64,000 nucleotides of DNA from NCBI GenBank assembly GCA_030704615.1, contig CM060734.1, positions 52,514,001 through 52,578,000 on the forward strand, written 5' to 3'. This DNA is from Takakia lepidozioides. Taxonomy: Eukaryota; Plantae; Bryophyta. The notes under the pieces were generated by a model. The model was not told where the DNA came from. It saw only the letters and a program-made list of their open reading frames with translations, and ran no database searches. Shown piece by piece: positions 37,701 through 49,743 of the stretch (the first letter of the stretch is position 1; each line of letters begins with the position of its first letter). The position numbers and the translations under genes were made by a program.

Positions 37701-40485
37701 AGTGTCTTTTGTGGCTACGATGATTCATCGAAGGGATATCGTTTTTGGGATAGACGTACCCAACGTGTTATTGTCAGCAGAGATGTGATCTTCCGTGAAG
37801 ACTCTTTTCCGTTTCTGAGCAATCCTCCATCTGAAACCTCTGCATTATGCGTCACTTTGTCTATATCTGCTGACATTGAAACAGTGGAAGCTCTTACTTC
37901 CGATTCTTTGCCAGAAAGTGACAATGCGGATATCTCCACAGCTATGGATTCATTGGCTATGGCTTCCAGTCCTGAGACCTCACATTCTGGTAGCCCTGAG
38001 ATTCAACTTGATGTGATCATACCGATTTGTCCGGAGACTCCTCCAATGATATTGTCACCACCTCGCCCTACGGAGTTCATTTTACTTGCGGGTGTTCTAC
38101 CAGAAGGCACAGTTCGCTCTCGGCAATTTCCAATACGTTATGGAGATTGGGTCTCTCATGCCTGTACAACAACTATGGATAATTCTCCTATTGTCGAGCT
38201 TGTCGATTATTATCAGGCTATTGATTCCCCACAACAAACTGAGTGGTTACATGCTATGAGGGAGGAATACACATCCCTTATGGAGAATCAGACGTGGTCT
38301 CTTACTCCATTGCCTCCTAATCGGAAGACAGTAAAATGCAAATGGATATTTAAGGTCAAGTATAACTTAGATGGAAGCATTGAGAGGTTCAAGGCTCGTT
38401 TGGTGGCCAAGGGATCCACACAGAAACCTGGTATTGATTTTACTGAAACTTTCGCACCTGTTGCTAAATTTGACAGCATCCGAACCATACCTTCCATTGT
38501 GGCAGCAGATGATATGGAGCTTGAGCAGTTTGATGTCAAGACAACGTTTCTTTATGGAGAATTAGCTGAAGAGATTTTTATGGATCAACCCCTCGGGTTT
38601 GCAGTGGAGATTCAACCACCGCAAGTATGCAGACTTCACAAGTCTTTGTATGGGCTTCGCCAGGCCTCTCGAGCACGGAATGACAAATTTGACTTTCTGC
38701 TCACAAAGTTTGACCTTAAAAGATCTGCTGCTGATCCTTGCGTTTATGTTTCCATGAATTGTCCGCGTCTCATTCTCATCATCTTTGTTGATGATGGTTT
38801 GATCTGTTCTACCGACACGAATCGCATTCAAGGGATTCTCATCTTTATGCAAGAGGCCTTCATCCTGAAAACAGGTGCGCCCGAATGCTACATTGGTCTT
38901 CGCATTCGGAGAAATCGCTCCAAAAAGACACTCTCTCGACCAGGAAATTTATCTGCAGCGTATTCTAAAGCGCTAAGGTTTTCAAGATGCTCATCCTGTT
39001 TCGATCCCTGTCGACCCAAATGCGTTGCTTTCCAAAGGCACTATTCTCTTCACACATATTTCCCTTATAAAAAGATTTTGGGCAGCCTCCAATTTGCCAG
39101 TATTGGGACTCGTCCTGATATTACATTCGCTGTCAGTAATGCAGCCAAGTTTTCAGACCGTCCAACATCAGCTCATTGTCAGGCCGTCAAACGGATTCTC
39201 AAATATCTGCAGGATACCACTTCCTATGGTCTATTCGTTGGGAAAAGTTCTGATCCTCACAGGTTGGTGACCTATTGTGATGCCGATTTTGCTGCTGACA
39301 TTGATGACAGAAAGTCTCGATCTGGTTTTGTTTTGCTTCTTAACCAGGGCCTGGTGGCATGGGGCTCACGCAAGCAATCGTGCACTGCTGGTAGTACTAC
39401 CGAGGCAGAATATGTCGCTGCATGCACAGCAGCAAAAGAAACTATATGGTTAAGGAGACTTTTGTTTGATTTGGGATATCCACAAATTGATCCAACTGCT
39501 TTGCACAGTGATAATCAGGTAACAATTCGTCTGGTACATAATCCAGAATTCCATCGGCGGACGAAGCATATTGACCAGCAGTACCACATGATTCGCGAAT
39601 ACCAGTCCAATGGTAAAATTTTGATTTCATACGTTTCTACTCACGATCAGCTGGCTGATGTGTTTACGAAAGGCCTTACTCCGGACAAGTTCAATCGCAT
39701 GCGCACTCTACTAAACTGTCTTGCAGTGCACTCAACTGCAGTTGAAGTGGGAGAATGTAGTGTTTGAACTCCAGTTGAGTGGAAGTATTGGACGTTTACA
39801 GTACAGCTTATAGTTAAACACTAGATTACGTTTTGTATAGCTTGTAGTTAAATACTTCATTAGGTTTAGTGACAAGTTACTATTCATTTGTGCTACTACT
39901 TAGTGTCTTCTTTGATTGGTTTCGATGCTTCTTGATTCTTACGTTAGGTGTTCCTGCTTGGTAGTCTCTGCAGGGTTTTGATATTCATGCCTGGTAGTCT
40001 CTGCTAGGTTTTGATGTTCATGTACTTTGATTGTCTACTACTGCCGATGACAGTTGATTAGAATTAAACATATGATAAAGGACAGTAAATGTTTTGCTAA
40101 CATTGTAGACAGTTTCCTTGAATGCTCTTGATTGATAGCACGTTCTAGAAATTCAAAAGTCAGCAAATAGGTGGCAGTCCACCGAGCAGTCACAATCACA
40201 GATGCCAGTCAGTCACATTTTGAATCTCTAGCTAGTTGGATCTCCCGCACTTAGTAGCACCTGTATTTTTTGGTGGCAGACGATACTCAGTTAGTTCTAT
40301 GTATGTTCATAGCGCGGTATAGTTCGACTTACAGATGCGTGAGCATCATTGATTCCATGGATTGCCTTGTAGATTGATAAGCCGCGTACTTCTTAGTGTT
40401 TCAATAGTGTTGGATAGCTTCTTCATAACTTACTGGCTACTCTGTAAACAGCTATGAGCAAGCAGTGAAATCAGTATTTCCAATA
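34771..40485 (+). mobile_element. Host Ty1/copia remnant (RNase H end 34771-35043; 3' LTR 35044-35109 plus 40164-40485) split by a nested copia
   Basis: HNPEYHRRTKHIDVQYH..DQIADILTKAL; PPT TGAGTGTGAG; LTR starts TGTTG and ends CCAATA, exactly where homology to the SPH unit (57590) resumes. Confidence 0.75.
35110..40158 (+). mobile_element. Full-length Ty1/copia LTR retrotransposon (LTRs 35110-35483, 39786-40158; TSD GTCAG), nested in another LTR
   Basis: Direct LTRs; GTCAG at 35105-35109 and 40159-40163; PBS GGTTATGGGCCCAC at 35484-35497; PPT TGAGTGGAAG. The 1257-aa ORF has a zinc knuckle (CRNCGEVGHWHREC), PR (DSACS), INT, RT and RNase H. The gag N-terminus is broken near 35810-35990. Confidence 0.97.
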
Positions 40486-43400
40486 GGCATAGGCTCAGCA
40501 TAGGCTGTCTGCAGCTCTAGGCTGCATGGTTTATACTATCCTAAAACCACAGCGCTTGCTAACCTTTGTGGGTGAGGCTTTGTCTAGATATTGATCCCCA
40601 CTCCCACTCCCACTCCCCAGAAGTCCGGCATGCCTTCAGTATTGACTCAAGAGGCTGCACCAACAATTTTGAAATCTGGATATCTGTTTGGCAGGTTCAG
40701 TTTTACTTCTTACGAAATAAGGCTAAGCACTGCAAAGAGAGGACCGCGGATTGATTCCAATGGACACTAAATGTTTTGGCCACAACTAGAGTCACATATG
40801 AACACTCCAATAAGGCAGTACAAGCTAGATGTGGACTCCTGGAATCTTCTAGAGAATATTGATATCGTAGTCTCAACTATTTCAAATTCAGCATCACCAT
40901 TGGGACAATTGGTTGGCCTGAATAATTAATTGCTTCAGAGCTTGTAGTTGCAGCATGAGAACTCTCTCCAGATGGGGGTTCGCTAATCTTCAGTCCTGTA
41001 GAAAACCGAGCCACAACCCATGATTGGCGGTTTGACGTGATTATTTTGGACGGGACTGATCAGGAGGAAGAGAAACAAAAGAAGACGAACAGATGTGGAC
41101 ACTGCACGTTGATCAGACCAAATCGATGCTTGAAACCCTTTTTTTGACAATGGTACTGTTACGTGGGTGTTATGTACTCATTTTTGTACTCATTTTTTCT
41201 TTTCCTCAATCTGTATAGTCTCTCAACGTCTACGGCGGAGTTTTCTGAAATTTTCTGAGGTGGCTCCACACCAGGCTGGTTAGCCCACACTTCCTATATG
41301 TTGGTCATGAGTGTGCATGGATGTTGATTTTCCGCCCATTTTCTGCTTTGGAGAAAACCTTAGGGCCTTGTTGATTCCATTTCATACATGTAAAGTCACG
41401 AGTTGGCTTGCACTCTCATATGCACTAGTACTGTAGGATAATATCCATTTACACTAGTCTTTTCCAGTCTGTTCTACATGAAAGTTGGCCCCAATACTGG
41501 ATAGCAGATAGAGCCGATGAGTAAGACAGAATTTATCATGTATATTGAAGGGAAACTTTTTGACAAGTGACAGTCTAAAAAACCGTATTTACATGTATCT
41601 AACGCCTGTTCGTGCTGACCCCACATATCCCATCCGCTTTGGATAGGAACATCGTTAATAGGGATGGTAACGTGGACCCTGGCTGGGGCTCAGTACAGTG
41701 ACAGGCAACTGCAAAAATTTCCAAAGAGAAAATTCAAAATATGACCCCTTACATATTTGCACAGGTAGCATATTCTCTGGAAAACCACATGAACAATAGA
41801 TTCCCATCAACCGGTCACTATAAATGGCCTTGGTTGGTCTGGATATGAACCACAACACAATCATTAACTATTATATAACCAGTCTAAATATCTCATGTTT
41901 ATATTACTCAAATGGATGAAGCATCCATTGAACAGATGCTGGCCTAGTGGTTACTATACAAAGCCCCCTTATAAGTGGTCGTGGGTTCAAAGCCACGTAT
42001 GTGTATGTTGGATGTCACCCATGATGGCCAAGCCGAACTATAAGGAAGGAGGGCATGGCCCGGGCCAGCTGTCCATCTAATTCTAGATAATGTCAAACGT
42101 TAGTTTCTCTGATAAAATATTAATTTGCAGTGATACTTGATCTAGCCTAACTTAAGGTCAGATTTAGGTCTTGCAAGTAAGTGGTGAGTGGTTCAAAGCA
42201 GAGTTGGCCAATTCTCACAGAATTACTATTATCTTAGGGTCCAAGTGTGTAAAACATTTGGTTGTGAACGGTGTGGAGTGTGCCAAGGTCCAGATATGCA
42301 TTTTAAAGTATTGATTTTAGCGCAGGTAATATTGTTGCAGACACATTCTTCATTTTGGAAGCACAAGTCAGTTTGAAGACACCATTGCATACAAATCAGG
42401 CTCCAAGAAAAAGGTTACAAGTTGCATACAGATCATTTTGTATGTCTGTAGTCTATGCACAAAAACATTTCAAGTGGGGCCAAAATGTTTTCCAGCTTGA
42501 ATTGTACATGGCAGTTTTATTAATCGACTCATCTCAGACCCATAATACTAGCTGGGTCATACCGCAGGGACCGTCACTTGCAGAGCAGCAGCTGAGGTAA
42601 ACTCTTCTGCTGCGATTATCGTTGTCAACACCCGTCTGCACAATATTGCACACGTTCAATTAGTTTTCTGAACAACCAGAACTGGACTCACATCTTGGAC
42701 CATAGATTACAAAGAACAGAATTAATTCGCATTCAGTGACTGCTACTAGAGAAACTGCTATGTACACTGGTAAGAGTCAAGACAATTACCTTATGACTGT
42801 TCACCCCAGTTGTAGTGGTAAGCAAAATTGTTCAACTCCATGCCACTGGAAGAAACAGTCCACAAGCACTCACTGCAGAACCAGAGATATTTCTTAGTGT
42901 AACTAGTACCTGCCCATACAGGAAAATGAGTTTTTGGATAGCCATTGGCCTGAAAATCACATGCAAACAATGTGGTCCCCCATATGTTCTGTGTGAACCC
43001 GAAACCCCAAGTCTGTCCTCGAGAAATTGTCTGCCAGCCTAAGTCACTGTTCCTGGAGGCGCAATGGACTACAAGGCTTATCCCCAGGTTGTTGACTATG
43101 TTCACGTTGTCATCACCGTGTACCTGCCCCATTAGTATCATCACCAGGAACACCCAAACTATGTGGACCTGCAACCCGGCATTCACCGTCGACTCAGCCA
43201 TGGATCCTGCTCTAGCTGCTAACCTCCCCCTCTGGTGGGGAGATGCAAGCTATAACACACAGTAAGCAAAACTCAGATCAGGCACCTGTGCGATGAGATG
43301 AAATGAACAGCAGCTGGCGGGCTTTATATACTCGTGGCAACGCCTTCCCCTCGAGCCTCCGTCGATGATATCAATCTTGGCCGATAAGGAAGGAGAAGCA

Positions 43401-43540
43401 TTCGGTAGGCCCTCTAGATATTTTCAGCCTAATTATGGAATTACTTTCTGTTGCACGATTGGTTTACTTTTTGCTTCTCCCGATTCCTTACCATCCACTC
43501 TCCAATTGGGGCATTAATTGATGACGGTTCAGTAAATTAC
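40486..43540 (-). repeat. Inverted segmental duplication unit carrying SPH subtype B (copy 2)
   Basis: Reverse complement of about 54645-57590 and of 27173-28803, with private indels (for example about 40800-41420). Confidence 0.9.
42791..43201 (-). CDS. S-protein homologue (SPH), subtype B, 136 aa
   Basis: About 93% identical to the 27520 protein; all four mature Cys retained; signal-peptide end is VHG instead of VHC. Confidence 0.9.
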   Translation of the reverse strand: MAESTVNAGLQVHIVWVFLVMILMGQVHGDDNVNIVNNLGISLVVHCASRNSDLGWQTISRGQTWGFGFTQNIWGTTLFACDFQANGYPKTHFPVWAGTSYTKKYLWFCSECLWTVSSSGMELNNFAYHYNWGEQS

Positions 43541-44108
43541 TCACCAATAGCACTCTTTAGACACTTACTGTCTCCAATCAAATTAGGGAGGACTTCCAAC
43601 CCTGACCTTGCAGCTAGTTAAATATGATTTTTTTTCAACATTAGGCTCCCAACATGGCCCAAATCCAGCTATCAAATTAAGGCCTCCTGTCATTGTCATT
43701 GTCTGCACATGATGGGTGGTTCAGAGAATCAACCTTACTTCTCCCAACCATGAACTCCATGGATCTCCTCTTCATTTATTAATTAAGTTAAGTAATCGCT
43801 GCGGGTTGCCATCGACTGACGATTATGCTTAGTGCTACCAAATCACCTCTAGGAAAGTGCTGTCTTCAACTGGTTGGGCTGGAGGTCCCACCCCTTGTCT
43901 TGCGGAAGATTTCCCCATTACTTAAAGCAGCTGCAGACGAGCTGCAGACCAGTGCACACTGGCGTAGGGCGCCTTTGGGAGTAGATAAAACATTCCTAGC
44001 TGGCGCTCTTCTTCTCACCTCCCAGGCTATTTGTGCTTGCTTTGCTAGGACTTCATCTTAGCCTCACCTACACTTCCTTTGGCGGAGTCTATATTCTCTT
44101 CAGCAGCG

Positions 44109-44558
44109 ATGGGCGAACTAAATATGAAGCTGGGAGTGACTTACATGGTTTGTGTTCTCTTCATACTGCAGGTATTCATGTTTCAGATCATGAATTGTGA
44201 GGACACCGAGCGCATCATCATCAACACCTTTACGGAAAAGGATACAGTCAACATCGTCAACGACCTCTCGACCCCAATTCAAGTCCATTGTGCCTCGAGA
44301 GACGACCGCCTTGGTTGGCATACAATTACTCCCTCCGAATATTGGGGGTTTGGGTTCACACAGAATTTCTGGGGATCAACGTTGTTTGCATGTGATTTCC
44401 AGGCCCCTGGATATCCAAAAACTCATTTTCCTGTATTTGCAGGTCCTAATTACCATTTTCCCTGGTCGTGCAAGAACTGTATCTGGAGTGTGTCTCCCAC
44501 TGGGATTTTCCTGAACGATTCTGTTTTTACGTATCCTTGGGGGACTCAAATGTCGTAA
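44109..44558 (+). CDS. S-protein homologue (SPH), subtype C, 149 aa
   Basis: Signal peptide to IMNC/ED; about 13-aa extension; VHCASRDDRLGW, FTQNFWGSTLFACDF, CKNCIWSV..GI, YPW. Confidence 0.9.
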   Translation: MGELNMKLGVTYMVCVLFILQVFMFQIMNCEDTERIIINTFTEKDTVNIVNDLSTPIQVHCASRDDRLGWHTITPSEYWGFGFTQNFWGSTLFACDFQAPGYPKTHFPVFAGPNYHFPWSCKNCIWSVSPTGIFLNDSVFTYPWGTQMS

Positions 44559-44858
44559 GTATGTCAATGTATATGGTGGCCTCGAGACTCCCTAGTGTTC
44601 AAGGGATAATCAAAGGAATAAAATGTCTGTAGTACCGTATGCAGGAATCAAGTGCGCTGGTTGATTTTGTACTGTACATACGAATAAAGCTGGATATGCA
44701 ACCGCATTTTTATTCATGTTGTCAAATCTACTGTAATTATTTGCATTGCAAAGACGCACATAGTAGAATCGTAGTGGGAAGGGGTGACATATAGTCACAC
44801 GCTAGGAGTGCATGAGTTCACCATAGTCTTTGTGATACCCAAGTTTCACTTGCCATCT

Positions 44859-45066
44859 GCCACTGAAGTGATCTTCCACTATGAAGACCAGAAATGCTCG
44901 GCAGCTTACCTGCACGAGGCACTCACCCTTAGACAATCACTCGAGCAATAGTTTTTATCTTTGGCTCTGGTTTTGTTTCCTCTCTCATGTTTTCTTCCAT
45001 TTTGTCCCATAAGCTCTATGAGCTTTCCGCGGACGTTATAAAGCACCATTTCATTTCATTTCATCT
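44859..45066 (+). mobile_element. RTE-X-like LINE 3' end (about 200 bp), 5'-truncated insertion
   Basis: Near-identical to 2682-2885; (CATTT)3 tail; flanked by CATCT; absent from the paralogous site near 59211-59230. Confidence 0.9.
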
Positions 45067-46199
45067 TCCCCACTTTTTAAGTTTTATTTGGTATGTCTGG
45101 AGGAGAATGTTCTCTCTTGTAGTTCAGAGTCGGTTTGAAGCATGCTCTGGACAATATTTACATCAGCAAAGATCAATATTGCTTTAAACTAGACCGATTC
45201 CATTCACTTCAGTGTCTTGTATATAGCATGAGTATTGGCTTCTGTGCCAGCTAAAGCCTGTCTGGAAGTAATGGACCTTACTCTGGCCTTACTCTTGTAT
45301 ATATCATGAGTATTGGCTTGTCAAGTCTAGGCCAGCCAGAAAGCTTGTCTGGAAACGACTTAGTGGACCTTACTCGATCTGGGCCTTTTTGGGGGTACTG
45401 GCTATTTCTGCACCCAGCTTTGTTAGATGCTGATAACTTTGCCAAACATCAAAACATCAAATTGTGGGGACCAGTGTGTATGGCATGTCTGACTGGCCGG
45501 TAGCTTAGCACGTATTATAAATTGGAGCTGAAAAAACAATCGAGACATGTCAGCGGAAGCCTTTTAATGACAAGTGAGAGAGACCGTTACAGTGAAGAAG
45601 ATGGAATCGACTCAGGAAAACCCAAGTGATGTGATGGTGTGCAGGCAAGCCGCTGTCACTCCATCACAACTGTTAATTTGATTCGATGTTTATCTTTGAA
45701 AGATTTCCAAATGGAAGGGTCCAGTTCCATGGAAAATTAAGTAAGTACTCGGAAATCTTTCGTTTCCGTTTTCCGTTCCTGGATGTCTTAGACGTGGGGC
45801 CACTACCACAACACATGCAGAAACCAAAAGAATAGTAAAAAATGGTGGAGGCGACAATCAATCATGACTGCTGCCAACCCAATAATTTCTCAGATCTTTT
45901 CTTGATGAATCCAGTGTGTTTCACAGGAATACGACCCCTCCATGACCCCTTCGATATTTTCAGGAAGACTGTCGAGCTCTGAATGTCACCGGATCTCAAC
46001 GATAAGGGTTTTAAAATGTAAACCCGCGCATGCCACGTGCCACATTGGGGTTCCGCCACGCGGGCACGCCTCAAAGTGCCTCGGCTCACATTAAATGTGA
46101 ATAAAGTTAAAGACTAGGAATTTATTTAGAAATTCAAAGTCAAAGTCAAACATACATCCAGTTCAGTAAAACCCTACCACGTGCATTTCTTCAATATAT

Positions 46200-46356
46200 G
46201 TGCCCTGTAAGGCAAACGACTTGTCTCTTTGCGGCTGGGTTGCCCGTATGTCTGTTACGACTCAGTTGTCTTTTGTAACTAGTGGTTATCAACTCAAAGT
46301 CTACTTTATGTCTGGTATGACTAAAACCGAGTCGTAAATCCGGCTTTCTTGTAGTA
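46200..46356. mobile_element. Possible CACTA terminal remnant
   Basis: Ends TTTCTTGTAGTA, one mismatch to the reverse complement of CACTACAAGAAA, with ACGAC/GTCGT subterminal motifs. Confidence 0.4.
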
Positions 46357-47267
46357 TGCAGGTATGCCCTACCTTGTTATTTGTTTTTGTTGTCTTCCCC
46401 CTTTAAGCATTCTCTCTCAAATCTTGAGGCTATTTCAAAAGCCGTGGCCAGCCGGATATATCCCTCTATAATTTGGCAAGTATCCGGACCCATGGATAGT
46501 AGAAAAAACTAAGAACCGCCCAACAATGCTTTGTCACAAACCCCTACCTCCTCTAGTGCTTTCATTTCATTTTTCAAAAAGGAAAAAAGGTACTATGCTT
46601 CCCAAAAGAAGTGCAAATTATGGTGTTCTTGCAGGGCTAGCGCCTTCACCTTTGTGACACCAATAGGTGGATTGAACCCACAATCACTTCCCAAGTGTAA
46701 TGTGGCCATTACCATTGGGCTACAGCCTACAACTTGATTGTCTTCATTTTTTATATAAGGTCGGTGGCAGAGGCAGCAACGACCCTCATTCGAGATAATT
46801 AGGTCAAATGGTTCCATGTCATAGACTACATTATCGGTTCTGTATAGGAGAAGGGCCGTGCCATGATATGAACTGTATCCATGATATGAGAACTTATCGA
46901 CATAATTATATATTGGGTAACGGCCGCAAGTCGTCGGGTGCATCTCCAGAATCGCTCACAGATATTCTCGGTTGCGGGCGTTACCAAATTCGTGAAGGAA
47001 TCGCGCGGAGTCTGCTCGCACTGATCTGCAGAGCAAGTTCTATACTTAGGCTCAAAATATCAGAGTGCACGATTCCTCGGGGGCGGAGACGGCAGCAGTG
47101 CGGGGCGTGGGTAGTATAATAAACCGCGCTGTGCTTCTTGTTCCTCGTCATTGGAGGTCTCTTTCGCTGCTGCCACAGCGACTGGTTTCATTCTGGAGAT
47201 TCTTCCGTGGGTTCTTTTCTGGTGCGTTATTTGTTGCAGGTCAAGTACACAGGCTACAGCGACAGCC

Positions 47268-47301
47268 ATGGCTTCCTGGAAACTGAAGCTCGGGGTGGGC
47301 C
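47268..47301 (+). pseudogene. SPH subtype D remnant (promoter plus first ~11 codons; body deleted)
   Basis: 46905-47300 is paralogous to 51745-52140 (MASWKLKLGVG vs MASWTLKPGLG). It then jumps to sequence matching the 3' flank at 53070-53360. Confidence 0.8.
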
Positions 47302-49293
47302 TTAGACTACGTCATTATGTGGATGAGATATGAAGATCCTAGTACTCTTTAGACATGTAAAGGAGATGTTGTAGATGAAGGTGAGTCAGGAGGTGGCTAC
47401 TGCATCTGGATTAAGCGCGAGAGCCATACCTCGACGTGGACTTGAGAGTGGGGCTGCACAGGATTTTCTAGGCTAGTCTCACTGATCGACGTGGAAGAGG
47501 GAGGCTGCATAGGAGATGGATGTGTGCTAAGAATTGCTCCTCTCTATCATGGGCAGCCTACATTTTCTAGGCTAGTTTCGTAGATCAGTGCAGACCCTCC
47601 TGTATTGAGGGACAATCATGACATATGACAGAGATTATGAAGATGATGCATGGTGATGAGGTTGGGCGGAGCCGACAGGGTATTCTAGTGTTGTGCATAG
47701 TGTAGTTGGTAGAGATCTGTACAAAGCTTGTCAATGTTGTTGCGGAAAGAAAATGGATGGAATAAGATAGCCCCTAAGTACTTGTAAAGTGAAGTCGACT
47801 ACACTTGCAATTTCAGGCTGCAGATCTTCTAGCTGAAAATGTTTCCTTGCTTAGAGTCACTGATTTCCCCCTTCATCACGAAGATTCCGATTGAACCTTA
47901 CCATACTGTTCTTTCTGCGAAGCTGCTTCCCTATTTCCCACATTCATGCATCTACTCTAACGGCAGGCTAATGTCAGATCAGCTCAGCCTCATCATTCAG
48001 TTTCCAGCTCTACGAAAACAGCAAACGACATCACCACATTCACTCAGCTGATCATTTCCTCTTTAGAGTAACTGGTCATGAAACTTCATCACTTCCATTT
48101 ATCAAAACTCCCACTGGTCTCAATTATTCCCTCGACTCTGCCTCTATTCCATGATTCTGCCTAAAAAATACCATTCCAGCACCCGCCGGGCTGAGTAGAT
48201 ATGTCCTTACCTCCACTATACACTGCCATTTTCCAAGTAAAAAAAAGCACTCCTGCCCAAAGCTAGTACTGCCATTGCCTTAAGGGTCAAAGCTTCGTGC
48301 AGATAAGCTGCCAAGCATTTTTTAGAGATTTTTTATCCTCATAATGGAAGACTTATGTGAGGGATTGGGTTTACCGGTTTTCAAGTCCTTGAAATGGCGG
48401 GCCAGAAACAGATAACGTCGTTGAGCATATGCAATGGAGGAGTGCTTCAGCGGTTGGCCCGGCTGGGGCGGCGTAGGAAGGTGAGACACGAGATTACTAT
48501 TGACGTGCTGCTTTGTGAATCAAGGACGATTGACCGGGTGATCTACCCGCAGAAGGTTGACAAGGGGGGATGCGAGTTTGAGCCAGCACTGGAGAAGGTT
48601 GAGAGGGCATCGACGAGACGCGAGCAGCTTCGGCGGCTCGACCTGAACAAGCACCTGAAGAAGCTTGAGAGGGAGAGATGCGCGAGATGCGACATGGCAC
48701 AGAATCGTAGAATATCTTGTGAGGGGAACAGCGGGCCCGTTCACAAGTGACAGTGAAGTAGAAAATGCATGAAAACATATGAAACGTCTCTTCGTTGTGA
48801 TCACCCATCCAATCACATCGCCTTCCGATCAGAACTTCCGGGACGGAAAAATTGAGCAGGTTCCAAAGTGGGCCCAAGAAAATGGGCTGCCGAGCTGCTT
48901 CACTGCTCATCTCATCGATAATCCAATTGGGAGATTGGGTGAAAGTGAAAGTGGAAGTGAAACTAAAGATATAACCTCCTAGGGCAGCCAGCACAAACAC
49001 CAGGGAAAATTAAAAGAGTATGAAGTAGCTGAGCATAGACCCAGCATCTGTGATACTATCATAGAACTCCTGCGCTTGCTGACCTTTGGGTGAGGCTTCG
49101 TTGTTTAGTGATCCCCCCTCCCACCCCTTCCTGAAGTTCGGCATGCCTTCTGTACTTTTAGGGAAGCTTATAAACTGTTCCTAGCTGGCGCTCTTCTTCT
49201 CACCTCCCAGACTGTTTGCGCTTTATTGCTGTACTTCATCTTGGCCTCACCTACACCTGCTTCGGCGAATCTAGATTTTCTTCAGCTGCAGCG

Positions 49294-49743
49294 ATGGGCG
49301 AGCCGAAGATGAAGCTCGGAGTGACTGACATGGTTTGTGTTCTCTTCATACTGCAAGTATTCATGTTCCAGATCATGAGTTGTGAGGACGCCGAGCGCAC
49401 CATCATCAACACCTTTTTGGAAAGGGACACAGTCAATATCGTCAATAGCCTCACGACGACAATTCAAGTCCATTGTGCCTCCGCAGACGATCGCCTTGGC
49501 TGGCATACGCTTGCTCCCTCCGAAGGTTGGGGGTTCGGGTTCACACAGAATATCTGGGGATCAACGTTGTTTGCATGCGATTTCCAGGCCCCTGGATTTC
49601 CAAAAACTCATTTTCCTGTATGGGCAGGTCGCAAGTACCAGTTACCCTGGATTTGCAAGGACTGTGTCTGGAATGTGTATATCAGTGGAATTGTCCTGAA
49701 CGATTATGTTTATGAGTATCCTTGGGGTCAAATGTCGTTATAA
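49294..49743 (+). CDS. S-protein homologue (SPH), subtype C, 149 aa
   Basis: Same architecture as the 44109 gene; VHCASADDRLGW, CKDCVWNV; TTATAAA near 49168. Confidence 0.9.
   Translation: MGEPKMKLGVTDMVCVLFILQVFMFQIMSCEDAERTIINTFLERDTVNIVNSLTTTIQVHCASADDRLGWHTLAPSEGWGFGFTQNIWGSTLFACDFQAPGFPKTHFPVWAGRKYQLPWICKDCVWNVYISGIVLNDYVYEYPWGQMSL

Larger units (their letters stand above)
43541..46015 (+). repeat. Segmental duplication unit carrying SPH subtype C
   Basis: Direct, highly similar copy at about 57885-60217; a more diverged copy at about 49170-51545. Confidence 0.9.

Noticed and set aside
35994-39767. The 1257-aa copia ORF as an active autonomous polyprotein
   Set aside because: The gag 5' end is disrupted, RT has an out-of-frame stretch near 38935-39050 from compensating frameshifts, and the LTRs differ by several indels.
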